Shown in pieces: positions 1 to 6,264 of a stretch of DNA of 34,049 bases. Every line of letters starts with the position of its first letter. Positions within the stretch are counted from its first letter, which is position 1. The stretch comes from Candidatus Micrarchaeota archaeon (GTDB lineage: Archaea > Micrarchaeota > Micrarchaeia > Micrarchaeales > Micrarchaeaceae). The translations under genes and the position numbers were made by a program. The notes under the pieces were generated by a model, which worked only from the letters and a program-made list of their open reading frames with translations, was not told the origin of the DNA and made no database searches. Where the stretch lies: contig JAJZDG010000001.1 in assembly GCA_021828705.1 (NCBI GenBank), forward strand, positions 1 to 34,049. The letters are read 5' to 3'.

Positions 1-1
1 A

Positions 2-478
2 TTCGGCACGCACTTTAGAATATATTTTCCCGGTGCTCAGCCAATAAAAAATGATGAATGGATACATTCAAAACATGTAATACATGTTTTTCCAAGAGAT
101 CTAAAATTATTGATATCTGAATGGGCTAGGGTCATAAGAGTTGCACATTCTGTAAGGAAAACATTTATACTTGCAATTCCTGGTAGGAGTAGGAAAAAGA
201 AGCTTTCGATTGATTTTGTATTATACTATAGAAAGAATGGCGTTGCAGAGGCCCCTGGAAAGGATATACCAAAATATTCGATGCTCTCTTTAAGCGAGGA
301 CGAATATATTGGTGGAAGTGAATTATCTGCTATTATAAATGAGGCCAGAGCAAGAAATTCAGAATTAATAATTGCAATAGCTGATAGGGAGACCTCCGTA
401 ACTTATTATAAAATAAAACAGATAAAGCTGCCAGGTAGCGAATTTGAATATTATGAGATAGACTGGATGCAGCCATAA
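2..478 (+). CDS. endA: tRNA-splicing (intron) endonuclease EndA, 5'-truncated by the window edge. Catalytic C-terminal domain followed by a second, degenerate C-domain-like unit.
   Basis: Frame 2 is open from base 2. My translation FGTHFRIYFPGAQPIKNDEWIHSKHVIHVFPRDLKLLISEWARVIRVAHSVRK matches the recalled M. jannaschii EndA catalytic region (GADFRLYERG..EHSVYLVKVFP..FVRVAHSVRKK). The C-terminal ELIIAIADRETSVTYYKIKQIKLP resembles the EndA terminal strand LLIAIVDADGDIVYYNMTYVKP. The TTG at 110 in the ORF track is internal to this frame. Confidence 0.8.
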   Translation, partial: FGTHFRIYFPGAQPIKNDEWIHSKHVIHVFPRDLKLLISEWARVIRVAHSVRKTFILAIPGRSRKKKLSIDFVLYYRKNGVAEAPGKDIPKYSMLSLSEDEYIGGSELSAIINEARARNSELIIAIADRETSVTYYKIKQIKLPGSEFEYYEIDWMQP

Positions 479-527
479 TAAAATAACAAAATATAAATAA
501 ATTACATGTATCTGTTTAGATGATAAG

Positions 528-1712
528 ATGTATAAAACGCTATTTATGTTAATGGTCTCAACACTGATAATGACGATTGCTATTTCTAACCCTACAAATA
601 CCGCACAGTTCGTTACAAACAACAGCACAATAAATCTACATCAATATGGCACTGCAAATATCACATATACAGTCGAACTTATTAGCGGCATGTCTGGATA
701 TAGTAAAATAAATTTGACAAATATAAATGTGTTAAATTCTCATGGCATAACTGTATCATTGACAAATATGTCTGGTATTGTACCATTCTCAGGTAAATTG
801 GTGGTGAGCGCAGGCCAAAATACCTATCCTATGTTATATAATTTGTCAATAATCGTTCTTGGAAATGATACGCAGGCAACTCCAACAACTCTATATATAA
901 ATGTGATAAAATACAATAGCACTGTAATTTCTTCAAATAATATTACACCTCCAAATTTGTCAAATAATTATATACCAATTCCACCAACACCACGCCTATT
1001 AAAGATAAGTGAGATTAATAATAGCATAAATGGTATAAATGGAGCTAGATTAAATTTTGGGAATGTTACTGTTTTAATACCTCCAAATACATATATATCA
1101 ATAAAAAATAAGAGTTATTCAAATTACAACTTTTCAATTATACTCTTCAAACCTCAAAATATGTCTATTGCACCGTTGCCATATAACGTATCATATGCCT
1201 ATGGCTTTGCAGTTAATGGTCAGATAACACCAAATATAAAATTTATAACACCAAACGGAAATATTCGTAATATAACAACGATATTAAAAGGTAATAATAC
1301 CTATACAGCCATGCAGTTCGGTGGGGGCAGTTACAATTCTATAGCATATAATTTTGGCAACTATGCTAGTTATATGAATTGGACATTTAATTCTGAAAAT
1401 AATACGATTCAAAATAATACTAATTATCCTGGAGCGTGGGTTGTATTTCATGCGCCGTTTGAAATATATTATAATCATGGGCTTATAGATATGGGTATAC
1501 CTCCACAAAACATTACGTCCAATACATTGCCATCAAATGCATCAATACCTAAAACAACAAGCGTTACTGGCGCTACAACTACTATTCCAATTACAAATGC
1601 AAATGCTAACGGAGCATACTCAAAAAGCGATATACTATCATATTTAACATATGCTGCGCTGGCCATAGTTGTAATTGCGATAATATTTTTGGCATATAAA
1701 AGAAAGAGATAA
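528..1712 (+). CDS. Secreted, heavily N-glycosylatable surface protein with a C-terminal transmembrane anchor (S-layer or surface glycoprotein candidate).
   Basis: N-terminal signal-like hydrophobic segment (MYKTLFMLMVSTLIMTIAIS). I counted 23 N-x-S/T sequons by hand in 394 aa. C-terminal hydrophobic helix followed by KRKR. No recognisable enzymatic motif. Confidence 0.6.
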   Translation: MYKTLFMLMVSTLIMTIAISNPTNTAQFVTNNSTINLHQYGTANITYTVELISGMSGYSKINLTNINVLNSHGITVSLTNMSGIVPFSGKLVVSAGQNTYPMLYNLSIIVLGNDTQATPTTLYINVIKYNSTVISSNNITPPNLSNNYIPIPPTPRLLKISEINNSINGINGARLNFGNVTVLIPPNTYISIKNKSYSNYNFSIILFKPQNMSIAPLPYNVSYAYGFAVNGQITPNIKFITPNGNIRNITTILKGNNTYTAMQFGGGSYNSIAYNFGNYASYMNWTFNSENNTIQNNTNYPGAWVVFHAPFEIYYNHGLIDMGIPPQNITSNTLPSNASIPKTTSVTGATTTIPITNANANGAYSKSDILSYLTYAALAIVVIAIIFLAYKRKR

Positions 1713-1714
1713 TT

Positions 1715-2212
1715 ATGTTGCAACCTACAACTACAACATTAGGCTCTTCAACGGATAGTTTTGCAATAATACTTATAATAATTGCAATTTACTTGACACT
1801 AAGGATGTATAAGAATTTTAAAGGCACAAAATTCAAGAAATCAAAAGTTTATAGACTGCCTATAATATATCTACTACTAACGTTTATTTCACTCTTTATT
1901 TTAAATCCATCTATTGTAGAGATAATAGCGGTTTTGGTTTTTATTATAATAGGTTATTTTATAGGTTTTTGGCTTAGTAATTTAGGTCTAAAATTCTTTG
2001 AAAAGAATGGAGAAATACATTATAGGCGGGCTCCATTTATACTTTTATTGTGGTTGATATCATACATACTTAGATTTTCAATCGAGTTTTTATACCCATC
2101 AAATGTTTTATTTGGTTTAGTTACTGAAATGCTTCTAGCAGTTACATCTGGTATGGTGCTAGGAGAAGCAATACATATAATCAAAAGCCATAAGCAATAT
2201 AAAAATAAATAA
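1715..2212 (+). CDS. Small polytopic membrane protein, CcdC/DUF1453-like.
   Basis: Four predicted hydrophobic helices. The central LKFFEKNGEIHYRRAPFILLLWLISYILRFSIE resembles the recalled B. subtilis CcdC segment SKFEIRGNDIYLKRSKAFVFILVGLLVIRIVMK. The start lies 2 nt after the preceding stop. Confidence 0.45.
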   Translation: MLQPTTTTLGSSTDSFAIILIIIAIYLTLRMYKNFKGTKFKKSKVYRLPIIYLLLTFISLFILNPSIVEIIAVLVFIIIGYFIGFWLSNLGLKFFEKNGEIHYRRAPFILLLWLISYILRFSIEFLYPSNVLFGLVTEMLLAVTSGMVLGEAIHIIKSHKQYKNK

Positions 2213-2249
2213 AATATTCTTAGTACTTAATCTATAGCAAAAGTTTAAA

Positions 2250-3359
2250 TCAATAATTTATAACTGTTTCAAATCCAAAGAAATTTCCGTACCTTTTTGC
2301 CTCTTCTTTTGCTTGTTTAATTCCATCATTGTCTATCTTTACATACGGCTTAAGAGTTATAACCAACTTATTCTTTACAATTTTTCTACTCCACGCTCCG
2401 ACTACCTCACCATCAACAACTATAACTGGAACGAATATGCCGTTGCTATGAATTATCGATACCTTTCTTGTTTTGGGCGTTCCATTCAATGCCCGTTTCA
2501 TCTGGGGATTCCCAAGCATTGCTTCTCTATCAGCGTAACTTACAAGATATTCATCAAATGCAGGAAGCAGATGAACCGATTGTTCATTATCTGGCTTCGA
2601 GATCTTCTTTGACATGTAATATGTCTTCCCATCTATTGTTTCTTCTCTAATGTCCGAACCCACATTTTCTATTCCTGCCTTTGCATCCTTAACCGTTAAT
2701 CCAGACCACCATATATAATCTTTAATTGTTGCAGGGCCGCGGCTTGTGAAATACTGCCGGGCCAGCTCAGTTTGAGCCTGCTCTGCAGATAACAAATACT
2801 CTTTTCCTATATGATCATCCATAAGAACGAATGTCTGCTCCTTCCCAGAATATGGCCCGAAGCATATCAATCCGTCCCATGCTGCACGGTAAAGCATGTG
2901 GTAGCCGAGATTGTTTTTTGATGAAACTCCACCCTTCTCAAGTATATTGTACATCTCCTTTCTTGTAAGCTGTTTTTCTTTCTTTAATGCATTGTAAAAT
3001 AGCTTTTTTGTATTTTCTATCACATTATCGCTTAAGCCAAGATGTCTATCTCGCATCATAGAGGTGTTTAAAAGCCGTGGTGCAAATAGCTTCATCATCC
3101 AACGTATGTCTTTTGAGGCTGCAAAGTGTATGGTGCCACGCATAAGCCATGTTCTTGTTATTCTCCTTTCGTTTATTGCCTTTTCAATATCAGCTGCTTT
3201 GATGCCTTCCTTGCATCTTAGTCCAATCGCCCAAAGAGATGCAGTATAATCCTGAGCTTGGATAGCCCCCATAGATTCGAGCACCTGTTCAGGACTATTC
3301 AAATCCCCATTTATATGCTGAGCTGAAATACGATAATTAGTTATATCGGAATAATCCAT
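2250..3359 (-). CDS. Winged-helix HTH_42 superfamily protein (AlkZ/YcaQ-like DNA glycosylase family).
   Basis: Length 369 aa. The N-terminal ...SPEQVLESMGAIQAQDYTASLWAIGLRC... carries a Q-A-Q(-D) motif at residues 34-37, the position of the catalytic QxQ/QxD motif of AlkZ/YcaQ. The overall sequence pattern is typical of 'winged helix DNA-binding domain-containing' (DUF1006) proteins. Confidence 0.7.
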   Translation of the reverse strand: MDYSDITNYRISAQHINGDLNSPEQVLESMGAIQAQDYTASLWAIGLRCKEGIKAADIEKAINERRITRTWLMRGTIHFAASKDIRWMMKLFAPRLLNTSMMRDRHLGLSDNVIENTKKLFYNALKKEKQLTRKEMYNILEKGGVSSKNNLGYHMLYRAAWDGLICFGPYSGKEQTFVLMDDHIGKEYLLSAEQAQTELARQYFTSRGPATIKDYIWWSGLTVKDAKAGIENVGSDIREETIDGKTYYMSKKISKPDNEQSVHLLPAFDEYLVSYADREAMLGNPQMKRALNGTPKTRKVSIIHSNGIFVPVIVVDGEVVGAWSRKIVKNKLVITLKPYVKIDNDGIKQAKEEAKRYGNFFGFETVINY

Positions 3360-3493
3360 GATAAGAATAATCCCTAAACATATTTATTTCCCACACACAC
3401 TATTAATCTAAAAATATGCTAATTATAAATACTATGTTTATGAACTTGGCGTCATGAAAGCTTCAAGCAGGCCAACGAGAGTTTTATATGCTA

Positions 3494-3943
3494 TTACTGC
3501 CTGCTGTTATGTTTGGAATATTGTTCTACAATAACTTTTATTCCTAGCAATACTCTATCCCAAAAACTTTCTGCATCTTTGTATCTATTTTCGTCCCCAT
3601 TAAATTTGTCCTCTGTAACAGTTAACACTGTTCTATTAGATTTCATAGATAGTTCGTACGTTATCCTAGTGTAATTAGCTTCTATATCTTCCAAACCTGT
3701 TTCGAGCCCGAAGTCAGAGATCTGGAGAAACCTTTTAGGTTCTATCTTAAGCACGTACCCTTTATGGATTATCTCCTTCCCATTAGATACCCCCTTCCAC
3801 ATTACGGAACTGTTTACCTTCCAATCAGACGAAACTTCCAATCCCATTATCCATAGCTTGGTAATATTTGGATCGGTCATTGCCTTCCATACTTCAGCAG
3901 GTGTGGCATTTATTTCCACACTTCTATGCACCACTAGGTTCAT
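3494..3943 (-). CDS. SRPBCC superfamily protein (AHSA1 / polyketide-cyclase-like ligand-binding fold).
   Basis: VHRSVEINATPAEVWKAMTDPNITKLW is a typical N-terminal signature of SRPBCC/AHSA1 domains. I prefer the ATG at 3943 (MNLVVHR...) over the track start at 3994. The extra 17 aa are hydrophobic and atypical, and TATA-like sequence lies directly upstream of 3943. Confidence 0.7.
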   Translation of the reverse strand: MNLVVHRSVEINATPAEVWKAMTDPNITKLWIMGLEVSSDWKVNSSVMWKGVSNGKEIIHKGYVLKIEPKRFLQISDFGLETGLEDIEANYTRITYELSMKSNRTVLTVTEDKFNGDENRYKDAESFWDRVLLGIKVIVEQYSKHNSRQ

Positions 3944-4131
3944 GATATATAATATACAAAACAACTTTAATAAATAAGAAGTCCGTTGCGTCACACCAAG
4001 AATGAAATGTTAATGGACACGAAGTAGCCGCACTTTCTTATCTATACTATCTAACATTCTATTCATAACGAATACAAATAAGTATTTATACTTAACTTAC
4101 CTAATATACTTAGGTGATTAAATTGACAAAT

Positions 4132-4347
4132 ATGACACTAGCTGTTCCTGACCAACTCATGGTGGTTATGAAGAAGCATAAGGAGATAAAGTGGAGCGAA
4201 GTTGCTAGAGAAGCTCTTGCAAAAAAGGCGAGTGAATTAGAGCTAATGGATAAAATACTGGCAAACAGCAAGCTTACAGAGAAGGATGCTATAGAAATTG
4301 GTAGAAAAATAAAGGAAGGCATAGCAAAGAGACATGGGTTGCTATAA
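4132..4347 (+). CDS. vapB: VapB-type antitoxin (small DNA-binding partner of the PIN toxin).
   Basis: A 71-77 aa protein immediately upstream of a PIN gene (stop TAA 4345-4347, next ATG at 4348). The start is ambiguous: GTG 4114, TTG 4123 or ATG 4132. An SD-like AGGTGAT lies at 4112-4118. Confidence 0.55.
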   Translation: MTLAVPDQLMVVMKKHKEIKWSEVAREALAKKASELELMDKILANSKLTEKDAIEIGRKIKEGIAKRHGLL

Positions 4348-4752
4348 ATGTTTGTTGTAGATGCGAATATTGTCATCGCAGCTCTACTCAAAGATAGCAA
4401 GACTAGGCAGATAATAGTAAGTGGAAAATTTGAACGGGCATCCCCAGATTATTTATTAGAGGAATTGGAGAAAAATAAAAACTACATAACTAAGAAAGCC
4501 AAGATATCCATAGAAGAATTTCAAATCGTTACAACCTTATTGTTAAGACACATCAAGATTATTCCACACGAAGAATACAAAGACAAACTTGTACAAGCAA
4601 AGAAGGACATATCAAATGATGTTAATGATGTTGCATACGTTGCCTGTTATCTCTCATTTAATTGTGAAGGTATCTGGACTAACGACTTTGACTTTGAAAA
4701 CAAAGAAGGAATAAAAACATTCAACACTGCTCATTTGCTTAAGTTGATGTAA
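4348..4752 (+). CDS. vapC: PIN-domain ribonuclease toxin (VapC family).
   Basis: N-terminal MFVVDANIVIAALL carries the first conserved PIN acidic residue. There are later acidic residues (EELEKN, ISNDVNDVAYV, WTNDFDF). The size (134 aa) and position after a small antitoxin-like gene also fit. Confidence 0.75.
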   Translation: MFVVDANIVIAALLKDSKTRQIIVSGKFERASPDYLLEELEKNKNYITKKAKISIEEFQIVTTLLLRHIKIIPHEEYKDKLVQAKKDISNDVNDVAYVACYLSFNCEGIWTNDFDFENKEGIKTFNTAHLLKLM

Positions 4753-4901
4753 ATAAAGTGGACTCGGAGAGATTCGCATCAACTATATTTTCTTTGCGAA
4801 TGGTTACGAAGACTTTAGCTTTCTCGTCTAGCTAATACAGCAGATTTATTTTTGTTAAATGCGAATGGATGAGTGCAAAATATTTTATTAAAATATTGGA
4901 T

Positions 4902-4975
4902 CGGGCCCGGCGGGATTCGAACCCGCGACCTACTGGTTAAGAGCCAGCCGCTCTACCAAACTGAGCTACGAGCCC
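4902..4975 (-). tRNA. tRNA-Lys (anticodon CUU), no intron, CCA not encoded.
   Basis: The reverse complement folds by hand into a cloverleaf: acceptor GGGCUCG/CGGGCCC, D stem GCUC/GAGC, anticodon stem GCUGG/CCAGU, loop CUCUUAA (anticodon CUU), T arm GCGGG-UUCGAAU-CCCGC. Discriminator is G. Confidence 0.93.
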
Positions 4976-5002
4976 AAGAATACTAAATATTCTATATGAA
5001 AA

Positions 5003-5012
5003 GTATAAAAAG
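5003..5012 (-). promoter_or_regulatory. TATA-box-like element upstream of tRNA-Lys.
   Basis: On the minus strand this reads CTTTTTATAC, roughly 28-37 nt upstream of tRNA position 1 (4975). That is the spacing expected for an archaeal TATA box. Confidence 0.3.
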
Positions 5013-5062
5013 ATGTGCAGCGAACTAATATAAGTGGTATAGTGCCAATAAAAAAAGAACAC

Positions 5063-5686
5063 ATGACATTTGATGACATATATGCAAAATATCAGGATAA
5101 TCTTTTAGATTATATACTTTTAGGAGCGCTATTGTTGATATCTGTAATAATTGTAGATGCAATATTATCTTTTATTGCTGCAATACCAACGTTGATATTT
5201 TCAACTGTAAGCCCATTAAATACAACCGCTTCATTGTTTTCATATTTAATTAGTATATTAATACATATAATATCGCCATTAGTGCTTATACTATTAATTG
5301 CTTCATCTAAATATCTAAAAAAAGAAGGAAGTGACATAGTATTTGCGCTTTCTGATGGTTGGAAAGATTTAATTTCCTCGAAATTTATATACACAATAAT
5401 ATCTGCCGTTATTATTGCATCAATATTAAGTGTTATAGGTGGATTTTTTGGAGCTATAATCTATGGGGTTATAATAGCAATAATCATCGGAATGTCTATG
5501 GTAAAATACCTAACCAAAGAGAATCCAAACACATTCATAACAATATTTCATTCAATATATGATAAGGATAATACCTCTGGCATAATACTTTATTTGATAG
5601 TATTATTGCAGATAATACCTACTGTAAACATTATAAATTTCTTTTTGATACCTATAGGTGTTTTAGTTTTGATGTATACAAATTGA
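5063..5686 (+). CDS. Polytopic membrane protein of unknown function.
   Basis: Several long hydrophobic helices and no recognisable motif. The track start (GTG 5015) would overlap the putative tRNA promoter, so the in-frame ATG at 5063 (MTFDDIYAKY...) is preferred. Confidence 0.5.
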   Translation: MTFDDIYAKYQDNLLDYILLGALLLISVIIVDAILSFIAAIPTLIFSTVSPLNTTASLFSYLISILIHIISPLVLILLIASSKYLKKEGSDIVFALSDGWKDLISSKFIYTIISAVIIASILSVIGGFFGAIIYGVIIAIIIGMSMVKYLTKENPNTFITIFHSIYDKDNTSGIILYLIVLLQIIPTVNIINFFLIPIGVLVLMYTN

Positions 5687-5690
5687 TTTG

Positions 5691-6101
5691 TTATTTTTTT
5701 AATGAGTATACTGTTATTATAAAAACTATTACTAATGTGGCATCAAGCAGCGAGCAGTACTCACATATTTCTCCAAGGGCCGCCATAGCTGACACTGAGT
5801 ATAATACTGCGACTATTGCTATTAAATACCAGAAATTTTTCACGGTTTCAAATTTTTTATCTTTTAAAAAGAATAGGATAATCGCAATTACTGACCATCC
5901 AAGAGCGTAATATGCTAGAGGTATACCAATTATGTTCGCATATTTGCTGGAGAGAACACCACCACAGTTTATTATTCCCGTGTGTGAACAATAAAGTGGC
6001 AGGCTATTTAGTTCAACTGATGTTAGATATATAGAATCGATGAGAGCTATAATTAGCACAAATAGTAATAACCTGTTTTTAAATTTATCATTAAATTTCA
6101 T
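5691..6101 (-). CDS. Vitamin K epoxide reductase (VKOR) family membrane protein, stand-alone.
   Basis: Four hydrophobic helices. Loop cysteine pair C-x7-C (YCSHTGIINCGG) is followed by VLSSKYANIIGIPLA, and a CxxC (CEYC) sits in the last helix. This is the canonical VKOR arrangement. Confidence 0.75.
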   Translation of the reverse strand: MKFNDKFKNRLLLFVLIIALIDSIYLTSVELNSLPLYCSHTGIINCGGVLSSKYANIIGIPLAYYALGWSVIAIILFFLKDKKFETVKNFWYLIAIVAVLYSVSAMAALGEICEYCSLLDATLVIVFIITVYSLKK

Positions 6102-6264
6102 TTTAGCACTTTATAAACAAAAATAATACTAAAAAGTATTATATTAATTTAATTTAATAAATAGTATGTTAGCATTATTAATTATTCTCATTAAATCTCA
6201 ATAATAAGAAGGTTTTTAATACTAAAATACGATACTAATATAGGAAAATTTATAGGCTTATTTT

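Noticed and set aside
3944-3994. N-terminal 17-aa extension of the SRPBCC ORF (MTQRTSYLLKLFCILYI).
   Set aside because: SRPBCC/AHSA1 proteins normally begin right at the ...V.R...I.A....VW segment. The ATG at 3943 is preceded by TATA-like sequence, so the extension is probably untranslated promoter DNA.
4759-4842. Possible degraded second tRNA (partial similarity to the tRNA-Lys 3' end and to the TGGTTA / AGCTA segments).
   Set aside because: I could not fold it into a cloverleaf: there is no pairing T stem around GCGAATC and no acceptor stem. I keep it only as a weak att-like similarity in the findings.
4753-4902. C/D-box or H/ACA small RNA in the long spacer.
   Set aside because: On either strand there is no RUGAUGA C box paired with a terminal CUGA D box, and no ACA-tailed hairpin.
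5683-5910. 75-aa + strand ORF after the membrane protein gene.
   Set aside because: It overlaps the VKOR gene on the opposite strand, and the VKOR gene has a complete set of active-site motifs. The product has no features.
6102-6264. AT-rich 163-bp divergent spacer upstream of gyrB as a possible replication origin.
   Set aside because: I see no ORB/mini-ORB-like repeated elements and no adjacent orc1/cdc6. The composition is not exceptional for intergenic DNA in this genome, so divergent promoters are the simpler explanation.
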